Made by a program: the position numbers and the translations under genes
Notes under the pieces: generated by a model
The model's database searches: none
Told to the model about the DNA's origin: nothing
The model's input: only the letters and a program-made list of their open reading frames with translations
In this document: in pieces, positions 1 through 15,200 of the stretch
Numbering within the stretch: the stretch's first letter is position 1
Layout of the letters: every line of letters begins with the position of its first letter
NCBI GenBank assembly: GCA_965649765.1
Contig: OZ287757.1
Coordinates: forward strand, 28,830,001-28,894,000
Length of the DNA: 64,000 bases
Direction: 5' to 3'
DNA from: Bispira polyomma
Lineage: Eukaryota

Positions 1-187
1 TTAGCAGCATCTCTAACATTCTTTACATAGCCACTGTGAAGGATACCTGCAATTAACCCTAATCCATGAAGTTGCAGTGTGATATAGATTTATCGACCTG
101 GTCATATATTATTCATCATATCTTGTCACATATTTTTGTAATACAGGTCACTTGGGCAGTTTTACTATTTATCTCTTTGTTCACCAG

Positions 188-3100
188 GAATCTCTGAAAT
201 ACGAAGCCATCTTGCATGAGCAGGAGAGGGAGGTGACGGAGAAGATCAAGAAGCGAGCAGCTGCTGGGGAGTTCTGTGCGGAGGCCATCAAGGCGTCTGA
301 GAAATTTGCCGATTCAGAGGCTAAAGGTGAGATGAAAATTTAAAATTATAATGTAGAGATTTCAGAGAAACTGGGAGGCCACTTAGGTAAACAGGTGTGT
401 GTAAATGTTGTTAAAATATTCCTAGTTATAAGCTAATTTGAATCTTTTCTGTACTGCTGGACAATTTTTATGCTGAGGTCATAACATGTTAGAGAAACTG
501 GCAGCTGTAAATGTTAATATTGTATTTAAATATCTTCATATTCATAAGCTAATTAACCTTATTAAGCTCAAGGTGAGTGGAGATGTGTAAATGTTAATAT
601 TGTGTTGTAATATATTCATATTTATCAGCTAATTAACCTTTTCTTGACTTCTTGACATAGAAATGTCAGAGAAACTGGCCACTATAGAGGCTTAAAAAGA
701 TGAGATGTAAATTTTAATACTGTATTGTATTTGTGTATACACTTACTAAATTCTTAGTTGCTGCTGGAAGTTTTTGTGAAAAGTTTTCTGTCAGAAAAAC
801 TTGTAACCAAAAAGCCTTAAGGGTAAAGGTTGGTGTACAAATAAATATGGTATTGTATGGTGTTCTCCTGTGGCCTTATGGTAATTAGGGTGTTAGTCTG
901 ATGATCAGAATGTCCTCGGTTCGACATCTGGTTGGGGTAGTTGGTTCGGTGATCGGAAGGGCCCCAGTTTAAATCCTGCTTATGCTCCTGGGTTATTGGT
1001 GGGATAACATCCTTGGGCGATCATTGCCTACTGATGACGACCCAGTCTATGTTGTAAGATGTGGAGGACTTGCAATAATCTACCTGCCTCTATCTGGTAT
1101 TCAAAGAGTTAATCAACCTTTTCTTGAGCCAAACCTGCCCAAGTACAGTCAACCACCACCAGTAACTGCCGTCCACCTAATTGAAGAGGGAGGTTTAAGA
1201 ATGACACCATTTTTTAGTGTCCCCAAAGTTATTTGGGCCTGCCACACTGGGAATAGGACCGAATGACAGAAGACCGCCAAGTGGTGAGGGGTATCAGTGG
1301 TAATGTTACTGTATTAATATCAAAAAGGGGGCATTGTTGTTTCATTATAACGGTGAGAGATATGTGGTGTTCTTGTCAATAGGAGCATAGAAGTATCATC
1401 ATAAGCCTTCTACTTGTTATGATTTGCTTTACAGCCAGCATAAAGGACAAGTTGCGGATCACAAAAATGAAGCCCAAGGTTCTCAAAGACAGGTAAGAAG
1501 TTATCCAACTGTTAACAGTGTTTATGTATTCCTATAAGTGTATATAGTAGAAAGTTATTACAATCACACATACACTTAAAGGTTTCCCTATATTTTCCAT
1601 GTAAATGGTATTACATGACACATACCTTTGCCGCCGTGGGTTAGAATCTCAACCCTTGTGTGTTTGTGAAAAAAGTTGACAGTATCCTTGCCAAAAGCTA
1701 GCGAGCTTGACCAGCTACGCTTCTCTGATTTCGTCCACTTAAAAGTTTGCCTTTTATTGCCTGTAGATGGTATTAAATTACACACCCTAAGGTTTGGGTA
1801 TGTTTACTTGTAGGTGGTATTACATTGAGCGAGGGCCTGAGGTTTAGGTATGTTTACTTGTAGGTGGTATTACATCCAACGAGAGCCTGCAGTTTACCAC
1901 AGATGTTTTCCGCACGATTTTATCACACTGTATGCCCAGGCACAAGAGCTCAAGGCATATAATACAGAAATGAAGTCTGTCGAGGTAAGTTTCTAAAACA
2001 GAAAATGTTTTTACTAACATTCTTCAATGTCACTATATTGTACATGTACATTTCAACCTCTTTAAGTAGATTTTGGGTAAGCCAATAGAATAGGTCACTC
2101 ATATATATATAGGGGTGGTGAGGGGTGACTGACAGTATATGTGTCATGATGAAGGGTTTAAACATGTAAAACCCAAAGCATGCAGCTAGCTTCTGTGTTG
2201 ATGCAGGAGAGAATACTTGTCACTGCCTCTTTAATATAATTAAACATCAGTGATTCATTGCAATAAGCTTTGCAAGAACGGTGGGAACCAACTCACTTAA
2301 CTGATTATGTGATTGACTGACTATAGTAGTACATGAGATATGTGTCATAGTGACAGGGTTATCAATTGACATATGTTTATATTGTAGCAAGCCTTCAACA
2401 AACAAATTGCTGATGACTGGATTTTCTCACATTCAAAGTCTGTGATAGATGCCATACACAGCAAAGTGGAGGAAACACCCAACAACTATGTGAGTAGGAA
2501 TATATTAGGATGTCGGTGAGACGGGAACTCCAATTACCTCCTATTATTATTATTATCAAATGTTTTTTTGTATGTATTTGTTGTGTCTATAATCCATTAC
2601 GTTTTGATTTTTTTTTTCTGCATTGGGGTTCTTTGGCTGAGCTATGCGGGCTACAAAGTTCCCTTATAGATTGTTATGCAATCTGTAATTTTAACTCTGC
2701 ATATGTCACCACTAGACTCTGTGCAATTGATACAATATTTTAGGATTACCATGCCACCATGCCCCAATTTATAATTAATAACTCCCAATTAACAATCAAA
2801 CGTCTATTATCGGAACTTTCGATTATCCAAACATTCAATTTTTACCCACTCCTATGATCCCACTCTCTTAAATTTATATTTTTCTATTGTGTTGTACAGA
2901 AAAGCCTCTTCTTTTTTATGAACCTGTTATTATCTATCCTAATCTAATCTTACTTTGTTATAATCTATTTTAATCTAAGCTAACTTTTATAGAGCTTAAT
3001 CTCCGTACTAGCGGATTCTAAGGCGCATGAGACAGGAAAATAATTTTTATAATTCATACAGGCATTATATGTACAGGGGTCATGACCGTAGAGATACGCT

Positions 3101-6100
3101 CAAAATGGTAAGGGAGGCTCAGGTGGAAAAGCCTTGCTAAATAGGTAGGTTTTCCGCTTGTTTCTAAAATAGGTGAGTGAGGGGCAGTGGGAATGTCATG
3201 AGGCAGATCATTCGACAGCCTGGAAGTATCATATGAGAAATTATTGTTAAAATGTCTTTTTGACTCATAAACTCTGTTGGTACAAAGGTAGGGACACTTA
3301 AGAAAGCCTTATGAGGCCTATACTATGCCTTGTCTTGAGTTGATATTAATAGGGAGACAATTAAGGACTGAAATATAGAGAAAGACCTGGGTACCTTATT
3401 CAAGTCAAATTCCATTCCTAACTTAGATTTCAAGTATTGTGTCTATTTTTGTCACTAACTTAGATCCAAGCAGTATTCACAAAAGAACATTTACTTTATT
3501 TGGAGAAAAAACTTTCTTAGATTTGAAGTGAGCTGGTGAGGTACCTTACATTTATTGCCTAAATTGGATTCTAAGTAAATCCTAAGTATAAGTAGAATTT
3601 TTCAATTGTTTGTGAATACCACTTCTTAGAAAATATTTGGAAAAAAGTGACAAATATGTCATCAGGTCAACTCTGAACCAGAATTATCCTCAGTTTGCAA
3701 AGGAGGTAACAGTAAAACATCTATTATCTGAACTTTCACTTACTGTTCATGGATGTAGAATTATATATTAAGTGGATCTTGTCAACTCAAAAGTTATCAT
3801 CAAATCAATCAGAGTTTCCCTGATTTTCCAAAAGAAGTACAGTAATATGTATATTATCAATCTGATCTTACACTTAGTTAGCTGTAAAATTATAGGAACT
3901 TATCTTCTCAAAATGCCAGTTAAATTAATTATTGTTGCTTTAATATCACTACCCAAGCCATTTGTGTAATAAATGTATAGTGGAGCTGCACATGTCTTCA
4001 GTTTTTTCCCTGAATTTGACAAGGCAACAAGAAAAGTTTTACAAACTTTATCAATATTTATCAACATTTGACGCTTGCAAAAGAGTTATTTTAAGTTCAT
4101 GTTCATGTATCTATCCATGCTTTGTTTTGATTTGTTTATATCTGTAGAGATATTACTTTTCTTTTCAAACAGAGGCAAAATGCCAACACGTCAACTCCCT
4201 GAAACTAATATACGAAGTGTATTATCTCGATGTATCTCGATGTCTACCTTGGCTATGTTTTTGCACTTCTCTATTGGTTAACTGATTCTGTTTTTGGGCT
4301 TTAGGAGATGCCTTGCATTAATAAGGTGCCTTAAGAATCCATAATACCATGCAATACAATGTCACAAGGATCTCCAGATAATGACTATTTGTGGTGTTAT
4401 TGTTTACCTGTCTTTACAGCTGTCCTTTCCAAGTACCTCCTCCTCTAGTGGAAACAAGTACTTGACTGAGTATGCCCCTAAAAAACCTGACAATGACACC
4501 GAACGTGACATGCTCTTTCATGTTCCAAAAGAGATTTCCAGATCCTCCAAGGAAGTTTCCAGCTCATCTAAGGAAGTTTCCAGCTCATCAGCAAAGGACA
4601 CGAGCAGCTTACTTCAGAGCTTATTACAGAGCACAAGACAGAGAGCCAAGGAAATCTGGAAAAAGAAACTCAAAAAGAGTAAAGGAAAACCTGACTGTAC
4701 CGAACAAGTAAGTATTAGGCAGTCATAGTTTTAATAGCAATACCTGATAATACAAACCAAGTAAGCATTAGGAAGTTACAATTTTACCACCTGACAATAC
4801 AAAACAAATAAGCATTAGGCAGTCATAGTTTTAATACCTAACAGTACAAAACAAACAAGCATTAGGCATTCACAGTTTGATCACCTGACAATACCAAACA
4901 AGTAAGCATTAGGCAGTCATAGTTTTAATACCTGACAGTACAAAACAAGGCAGTTACAGTTTTAATAGCTGACAATACTGAATAAGTAATCTATAGGCAA
5001 TCATAGTTTTATCAGGAATACCTCACAATACCAAAACAAGTAAGCTTTTAGGATGTCATAGTTTTAATAGGAAAACCTGACATAACTGCATTCTTATTTT
5101 TAGTGAATGACTGTGAATTATCTGGTAAATACCAGATGATGTCATGATCACGAGAAATAAGTGAGACATAATTAAGTCTTGCTCACAAGAAGATGTGATA
5201 AGCACAGCAGGATAAAATATACATGGATGTCCCTTCTGAGGCTCCATAAGAAGAGCCTAAAATTCACATCAAAGTGCAAATATTTTATTACAGGAGGATT
5301 TGGCAGCACAGCATTCTGCAGAGAATGAGACTGTGGAGGAACCAGGAGTGATTCTAGTAAAACCAGCTCCTGTAACCTATGGATTTCAAGTATGTACATA
5401 GTATATAGAAAACATAAACTGTGTACATATCATTGATTGGATTACCAGTACAAAGTGATGTTCACAAACATTCTTAGAATTAGTTATGATGTCACAGTTG
5501 AACCCTTTAAGTTGAACTTCAAGGGACCATGATAAATACCTCTACTAAAGCAGGTTTTCTACTTATTGGGGTGTATTTTAACAGGAAAATAGACTTAACA
5601 TAGTTCTACATAAAGGGTTTTGACTGTAGTTTGTGATCATTGACTCAGTTTTTATGTATTCTTGTTAAGATTCTAATGATCTATTTTGATTTGTAATTTT
5701 TATAGGTCTTATGTATAATTGACAATAATAATATATATATATATATATATATTCACATTTCAATGTAAATCTCTGTGAGCCATGTAAATATTTAAACAAT
5801 GTCTTCACCATATAAGTAATGTTAAAAATTTTGTTTGCGTGTTTTCTTTTTTGAAAAATAGTTGATGTCATTGCAGGTGATCTTCTTTCCTGTGTACATT
5901 TTTTTTGGAAACTGTAGAACCCCAATTATCTATACATGTTGAGAGAGAGCAAGATCTTGTTTGGATAATAGAAGTTTCATAAAATAGAAGAGGGAGTTTA
6001 GTTTAAATTAATAGGGAAATGTCTAGTAAGAGGGTAAAAGTGTGTTCATAAAATCAAATATTTAGATAATATAAGTGCTGATAATAAAAGTTCTTCAAAG

Positions 6101-9100
6101 ATTCAATTGACCTCTCTGTTTTCTCAACCCATCCAAATACGAAAATTGGCAGGCGTTGCTTTGTTGCCGCTGCTATGTAAATGCTTCAATTATTATTTTT
6201 AATTCTAGAAATCACCAGAGAGGGTACGGTCATATTGAAAGTAGTTCTCGAAATAACAGACCAAATATTTTGGCATAATTTGATCTTATAGAATCAAGGT
6301 TGGGCTCCAATATTTACTATCACATTATTAGTCTTATCTTTAAAGTTGGAAATCCACATTCAAGTTCAATCGGCGAAATGGGCCCAATGTTGAGATCGGG
6401 GTGCTCGGGGCAAAAAAGGCGGAAAAATGAAAATGTGGGGCGACCTTGCCAATCAAACTGATTGCGTCGCGTTTTAACGGAACACCAAGCACGATCGAAC
6501 TTGAGGTCCGTACTAGAACAGCCCCGTCCTCCCCGACCTAGGTTAGGGTCGAACTTACTGGCAATAGGATCCGACGTATCACCCTAGGATCGAACGTATT
6601 GACAATAGGATCTGATAGATTCATATCCCCAACCATAACGATCGAACGTCTAAAAGTCAAAGTTGGGACTAATTATGGTAAAATAACTGACAAAATATGC
6701 TTTTTATGTTTTTTCATACATATATGCTTCCCGACCGCCCCATTCGCCCCGTTTTTGCCCCCCGATCTATACGTTTTGACGGGCCAGTGTTAGGACAGGC
6801 CTAGAGTGAGATAAGACCTATCAGACAGTACGTATTGACAATAAGATCAAACCCGAAGCGGATCTTCTGGATTTTAGCGGTCCGGGAAGCAAGTCGGGGG
6901 ACTTTTACAAAATACCCGGAAATACCCTTTCAGACCATTCTGTTTTCGCTGGACCTCAAAATCAGCAAGGTCAGAAACCAAATCGGCAATGTGGAACAAC
7001 CATTTAAGGTTTTGTGTTAATAATTTAATCTAAACATGTCCAGTGAATTTCTAGAATTGTTTTATAAACTGTGTGTGTGTCCAACCGCAGATTAAAGATA
7101 TCTTCGATGTGTCCAATCTGACATTTTGTTGCAGGAACTATTTGCCACTGAATCCGTCCCAGTCAAATCTGTACAGAATGAAGCTCTTGAGAGTGACCTC
7201 ATGCCTGGAGTGATTTGGGTGAGATCTGCTCCTGAAGCATCTGGATCGCATGTATGTGTACTATATGTTATGGTAGAAAATAAGCTACGGTGTAGGGAGT
7301 ACTACAATGTTATATAAAGTAATGCATTGCCCTTTCAGTAATAAGTGCATGGTGACCAAATGGCCATTATGTAGCTATTATATAGCTAATTTATAGCTAC
7401 TATAGCTGTAGCTATAGCTAAATAGTACATCACTTACTGCATATTTATTTCAAAATAAATATATTAAACATTTGCAGATATTAATATTCATATGCCAGCC
7501 AGACTGTATTATTGTCTCAGATGATGTGTGGGAGTAAAAATCGCACATTTGTGCAGCTTGTGCTATTTGAAGCATTTGACTAAATTGGTGAAATAATATC
7601 CTGTAAGACCTTTGATACCACAAAGAATGTATAATATAAGAACATGACATCTGTCCTTTTTTTGCCTAAGCCTGTTTTACTGCAGGAGGCAACTGTATGT
7701 TCACACCTTTGCTTAAAGGTAATTATCCCTAAGAATGACCATTGTGGCAGGAGAACAGAAGTTGGATTAGATACCCTGATAGGTCACCAGAATAAACCTC
7801 TGAAAACTACTAGCCCATAGGAGACGACCACAACATTTAACAGAATAATTTCAGTTAAATGCCTTAACCCTTACAACCCCTAGGTTGACGACTAGCAGCC
7901 AACAGCATTGGTAACCCCTAGAATCTATATGTCTCTCAATGAGCAGTCGACACCTCCCCAAAATATTATTTTATTCTTGTTCAGTTGCTCAGAATAGGAA
8001 ATTGTTAGTATGTAGACTTCCCTATCTAAAAACATTACACATGAGGCCATTATTGAATGCTGAAAGTAGTATGTGGTGCGTCTTTTAGTGACTCCAGGTA
8101 TCTGTAACCTATTGCCTAAAAATTTCCTTTAGTTTCCGGCAATTGTTTTCTCTTAGGGTTGAAAGGGTTAGTAAGTTAAATTTTCTGACATTAATTTCCC
8201 CATTTATCTTGAAGAAACTTTGTAGTGTCACTGAGGTATTTTTAAAAAGTGTCAAATTGCATCATATTTCATTGTAAACTGGTTTATTTGGTTTATTTGT
8301 TTTGCTGTCATACAAACCAAGAAACTCACTAACGTACACGACCAAAAACATGACCTTCTTGGTGGAGATATACAAAAAATCATAAAATGAGCTACTTTAT
8401 CGATATTGAGTACACAAATTAACAATTACTGTCTGGTCTTTTTTTTTTTGTTTCCACAGGAGCCAACAGTCCCTGAGACTCAACCAACCAAATCTGAAGA
8501 GAAAAATGACAGTGAAGCAATAACTCCAGAAAGAGCTGCACCTCTGACCTCTGGAGAACCTGTACGTACAAACAGTGTAGAATGTTTAATATACAGTAAA
8601 ACCCCCACATGTAGCGAACATTGAATTGACTCGGCATCCAGTATCATGGATATCTGACTCTAAATACAATACATGAATATATAGTGGTTCAGATGATCAA
8701 TTAAATAACAGTATTCTGCTACTAGGTTTCCGTTAGCAGGCCTAAGATAAATGACACATACCATTTACTTGTATTTTTTTCATTAAATTATCTGCCACCT
8801 ATCTGATGACCTGGGTTTGATCCCAGTCTGGGGCTCTTAGGTACAGGCAGGTACATAGTGGCTCATATGACCATTTACAACCCCAGTCCTTGAGTCCTAT
8901 CTCCAGTAGCAGACTGAAGATCCTTGCAGACGTTGATTAATGGTGTCATCCTCCGTCTTTTGTCTTCCGTTAGAAGAATGGCAGTTACTGGTGCTGCATG
9001 GCTGTACTGGTGCATTAAATAAAATAGTCAATTTAGCGCTTTGGATACCAGAAAAAAACTGTGCTTGAGTATCTAAAAAAAATTCTGGATCCTCTGTTCT

Positions 9101-12100
9101 ACCCAAATTCGATCCCAATAATTAACAGATTCTTTCTTGGCCGATGGCTTATCCCACCATCATATTTCATTGTAAACTGGTTTATTTGGTTTATTTGTTT
9201 TGGTGTCATACAAACCAAAAAACTCACTAGCGTACATGACCAAAAACATGACCTTCTTGGTGGAGATATACAGAAAATCAGCTACTTTATCGATATTGAG
9301 TACACAAATTAACAATTACTGTCTGGTCTTTTTTTTTTTGTTTCCACAGGAGCCAACAGTCCCTGAGACTCAACCAACCAAATCTGAAGAGAAAAATGAC
9401 AGTGAAGCAATAACTCCAGAAAGAGCTGCACCTCCGACCTCTGGAGAACCTGTACGTACAAACAGTGTAGAATGTTTAATATACAGTAAAACCCCCACAT
9501 GTAGCGAACATTGAATTGACTCGGCATCCAGTATCATGGATATCTGACTCTAAATACAATACATGAATATATAGTGGTTCAGATGATCAATTAAATAACA
9601 GTATTCTGCTACTAGGTTTCCGTTAGCAGGCCTAAGATAAATGACACATACCATTTACTTGTATTTTTTTCATTAAATTATCTGCCACCTATCTGATGAC
9701 CTGGGTTTGATCCCAGTCTGGGGCTCTTAGGTACAGGCAGGTACATAGTGGCTCATATGACCATTTAAAACCCCAGTCCTTGAGTCCTATCTCCAGTAGC
9801 AGACTGAAGATCCTTGCAGACGTTGATTAATGGTGTCATCCTCCGTCTTTTGTCTTCCGTTAGAAGAATGGCAGTTACTGGTGCTGCATGGCTGTATTGG
9901 TGCATTAAATAAAATAGTCAATTTAGCGCTTTGGATACCAGAAAAAAACTGTGCTTGAGTATCTAAAAAAAATTCTGGATCCTCTGTTCTACCCAAATTC
10001 GATCCCAATAATTAACAGATTCTTTCTTGGCCGATGGCTTATCCCACGATCATATTTCATTGTAAACTGGTTTATTTGGTTTATTTGTTTTGGTGTCATA
10101 CAAACCAAGAAACTCACTAACGTACACGACCAAAAACATGACCTTCTTGGTGGAGATATACAGAAAATCATAAAATCAGCTACTTTATCGATATTGAGTA
10201 CACAAATTAACAATTACTGTCTGGTCTTTTTTTTTTTGTTTCCACAGGAGCCAACAGTCCCTGAGACTCAACCAACCAAATCTGAAGAGAAAAATGACAG
10301 TGAAGCAATAACTCCAGAAAGAGCTGCACCTCTGACCTCTGGAGAACCTGTACGTACAAACAGTGTAGAATGTTTAATATACAGTAAAACCCCCACATGT
10401 AGCGAACATTGAATTAACTCGGCATCCAGTATCATGGATATCTGACTCTAAATACAATACATGAATATATAGTGGTTCAGATGATCAATTAAATAACAGT
10501 ATTCTGCTACTAGGTTTCCGTTAGCAGGCCTAAGATAAATGACACATACCATTTACTTGTATTTTTTTCATTAAATTATCTGCCACCTATCTGATGACCT
10601 GGGTTTGATCCCAGTCTGGGGCTCTTAGGTACAGGCAGGTACATAGTGGCTCATATGACCATTTAAAACCCCAGTCCTTGAGTCCTATCTCCAGTAGCAG
10701 ACTGAAGATCCTTGCAGACGTTGATTAATGGTGTCATCCTCTGTCTTTTGTCTTCCGTTAGAAGAATGGCAGTTACTGGTGCTGCATGGCTGTACTGGTG
10801 CATTAAATAAAATAATCAATTTAGCGCTTTGGATACCAGAAAAAAACTGTGCTTGAGTATCTATAATGTCAATATGCAAGTGAGTTTATTAATTTGGAGT
10901 TGCAGGTATTGTAGGCAAATATTTAGGTATTAATGGAAACCTTGGGCTCATGAAACAAACAAGATGACAATGTCTTTCGTTAGATATTCATATTTAGAAA
11001 TCTAAGCATTTGCCTTGATATATATATATATAGGAAAAGACCGACAGAAAGTCTAGAGAAACTGATAGTAAGGCAAAAGTTTCACCCAAGATTGAAGAAA
11101 AGTTAAAGACCGCCCAAAAGTCTAAAGTTAATCGGGAAGACAAAGGCATGGCAGAGAAAGCTGGAAAGAAGCAGCTACAGGACAAGGAGGAGGACAGAAA
11201 GGATAGTAAAGTGAGTGAATTCTTTTTACATAAATATTAGGGGCCATATTCTCACAACAACTAGAGCTCAACCCAGTATCCAGCTCCAATAGAACCTCTC
11301 CCAATCTCTAATGAGGGAAGACACTTAATATTGAAGTAAAAAACTCTAGTAAATTGAATGGTTAGAAGGGGTTACACATGACCTTCTCTTTGAGCTTGAG
11401 TTTCTTTAGAGAATATGGGCACAAATTTGTTATTTCAACAATTCTTGAGTTGGACAAGTGATGGAACAGTCAATATCTGAATTTTTTGTCCTGTATTTTG
11501 TGGCATTGTGCAATGTATGATGATTATTATCTAATCTACTGTGGAATAACCACAAAATTTGTGTCCTATAAGGGAAGTATAGTAACAATCGAACAAGTAT
11601 ATGTATATGTCAAAGTGTTTTTTGTATGTTTGAGAAATACCTAGAATTAATTTTAATGTGAAACTTTGTATGTTATAGATATTTTAGAATGACCACATAC
11701 TCATTAAAAGTAACATAAGGTTTGACTTGATTAATTAACAATGATAACAAGTAAACAAGTTACACCAAGTACCACTGATTGTCAACATTTCTCAATTTCA
11801 GAAGACACAACCAGCAGAACACAGGGAGTCTCCAAAGGAAAGGTCACAGCCACTTTCACTGTTTGATAGGCTGAAACGACTTTTCAAAAAGGGAGGCAAG
11901 AAGAAGGTAAGTTACCCTAGATACCACATCAAGATACCTGAGTTTATTGCATTCAAAGTTTCTGATTGGCAGCTGATACCTTTATTACCAAACCTTCAAA
12001 CTTCCATCTTCTCTGTAGCAAAAAGTACAATAGAAATATAAGTTAAATAGACTAACAGTACTATAGAACTCTTGTAACCGTTTCATTTGCATCTTGTGCA

Positions 12101-12244
12101 AAATGTGTACAATAAGCCGGTCTATATATATATATATATATATATATTCTAAAAGCTCTTATTTAATTAATATGACCATAAAATGTGACAGAAACCGGCT
12201 TATTGTACACATTTTGCACAAGATGCAAGATGAAACTTTGAATG

Positions 12245-12292
<48 letters not shown>

Positions 12293-15200
12293 ATATTTTG
12301 GTCAAATTCGCTGGGGGAAGAAGGTAGCGCCTAATATGTCATTATTAAACTAGGTGTCAAAGTGAAGACAAGAAAAAAAATCTGTTTTCATGACGCCATA
12401 TTGAAAATTAGAAAAAAAGAAAAATATTTATGTGATTTTATTGATGAATATACAACTGTTTATGTTTTTAAAGAGAGTTTTTAGTGTGTTATTTTATGTG
12501 CGAGAATATTAGTGTTTTAAAAAATGGGAAGGGTTAGTAAAAAGACAACTGGACTTCAGTTGGTCTCGTGTTCAAAGTGTAAGATACGACATAGTGGGGT
12601 CTAGGTGTGGCAGGCAGCCGTCGCCGAATAGCAGTTATGAAAGCGTTTCTAACGATGAGGAGGACAGTTCGACAGTATTTCAACAGACCGTGCAGAAATC
12701 ACAACAAGATGAAGTTAAAGAAATGATGACGACAATCATGAACCTACTCATAATACAGCTAGAGTTACTGATTATTCATTACCCATTTTAACACAACGCG
12801 CCCAACTAACTAGGCCCACCACGAGTAGTAGAAGACGAGTACCAGAAACACAACTTGCTCATGTAGTGACAGAAGTTACAGCACCGACAGTGCCGTCAAC
12901 AGCAATGTCTCATACACAGGTTTCTTACAACCTCCCGAACGTGCTAGAAGAACCAGACATTGTACCTACAACTGACGTGTTACGTCAATCTGCCTTACTC
13001 CAGAATGAAGTCAGTGCACGTTTACAGCAATACGAATCCTTAGCAGCCAGTGAACTCTTACAGGGTAAGTCCCTTACAAAAAGAAAATCAGGTAGATTTA
13101 ACTTGCACAGCTGATCCAATTTTTTGTTGGCCGAACGAGGGGTGTCTGACGGGTATATCAAAGAAAAGAATAGCTTATGATGATCTCAGCGTTGCACAAT
13201 TCGCGTCCGGTCAAATTCAAAATATACTAGAAGTAAAGAACAATGCCATTTCCAGAGCAATGTTAAAACAGCTCGGAGATACTTTGAGAAATGCTAGTAA
13301 TATTTTGTGGCCAGTAGCGAGAGGGTCGTACGCAACAAAAATGCACGACGTGGAAGAGGGTCGACTGACCTGGTTGGATGGGACATACTGGACGTTAAAC
13401 CGTCTATCTTATTCACAAGCGTTGATGTCCAACAACCCGACAAGCAGCACGTTCGCTATGAAATCATCGAATACCAACAGTTCAAAATCGCGTGTCCCTT
13501 GCAGGCATTATCAGAAGAGTTCATGTCACCAAGAAGGGGACCACGAAAACGCTACAACCATCTTCAAGCACATCTGTGCGAATTGTTTCAGGACGTCGAA
13601 ACGAGAGAATACACACCCAAAAACAAAATGTTTCAAGCTTCACGGGAAACCCATGACTACTCTTCAGAATGGACAATAGGACAGGGGATCGACCATAGGT
13701 AGTACTGATGTGAATACAGCTGTTAAAATGTACCAAACTATAGATGTGTGTAATTACAGTAACACCAGTAATAATGACAATAACAGTGAATTAACAGCTG
13801 TTAATAAAAGAAATGTAGGCAAAGTGTACAAAGAATGTAGAAAAAAATTTAAAAATAATTTGCATATAGAAAATGTTAGAATAATCGAGACTGAAATATT
13901 GCATGTAGATTCCAAAAATGTTAAAAATTTTGATAACAGCAGTATGTTGAGTAAAAAAGACAATCATATAGTAAAGATGAATAATGCTTTTGATGAACAG
14001 TATAATGAACAGGAAAACATTGAATGTGAACTTTATGACAGAAACAATTCTGATGAAGACGTTATGTTTCCAACAGACGTCAGTGAAAATTTAAATGTAA
14101 AAAATGCATATATTGAACCCATGTGTGACACTAATGTGCAAATTAGATACTTAGATTTGTACATTAGTGACAAACTGAATAAGGAAAGTAATAATGTGAT
14201 ATATTATGGGGTAGATAAAAATAATCCCCAATTTTCAGGGATATACACTGAAACAGAACAAAAGGATCAACTTTTGTTACATGGTAATCAGTGTAATATA
14301 GATAACTTGTGGCCAGTGATGTTTTATACATCACTAGAGGCACACGTTGTGGAAATAAAACAACAAAACATGACAAACAATAAAACAAAAAGAACAAGAA
14401 CAAAGAAAGAGAACAAAACAAAAGCAATCACACACACAAGAACAAAAGTTCAAAATACACAGTATTACATTGACATAATTGACAAAATAATAGGATCACA
14501 ATGCATTCACACAGACATGAGAGGAAATAAAATGGTGTCAGCAACCATAGACAAAAGTTCACAATGCACTCATACAGACAAGAAAGAACACGTAAAAGTA
14601 TCAGAAAAGATAGATGAAACAAAAATCAGAAAGGAACAAAACACAACAAACATACCAAAGAAAATGAAAAGTACAAAAATTCTAAATGAATACACAGATA
14701 AGCTGATAGACAGCGCTTCATCAGTGACATCTACATTGTTGCATTATGACATAGACAGATTAGATGGACAGTTGGCTGACAATACTGACAGCAAGGAAAT
14801 AAACTGTGAGTTAGAAAGGAGACAATACGGTTTCATAAGTAAGGGAAACATGAGTTTTTTATTTATAGGACCAGAGAGAGAACAAATTGAACTTAATACT
14901 ATTGACAAACTGATATCAACCTATGAAACAATAAAAAAGACGGGGACACCAAACTACATGACAGCAAGAATACCAATTAAGTCTGGACTAAATATTATTA
15001 ATTGGAAAAAACATCTCAAAAATTATGAAGATAAATTACTTTTACAATATTTAGAATATGGTTTTCCTATCTTGTTATATGACAGAACAAGACTGGACAA
15101 TAAACATACTGACAACCATTTTCCTGCAAATCAGTATCCTGAATATATTGACAAATATTTTAAGAAAGAAAAGAACAAAGGGACAATTATAGGTCCAATT

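Noticed and set aside
4173-4281. Additional host exon
   Set aside because: Good acceptor, but TGA occurs in the required phase-0 frame and the gene is open without it.
4690-5085. CRISPR-like array (also the 123-bp and 158-bp arrays)
   Set aside because: Whole units repeat without unique spacers, there are no cas genes, and the context is eukaryotic.
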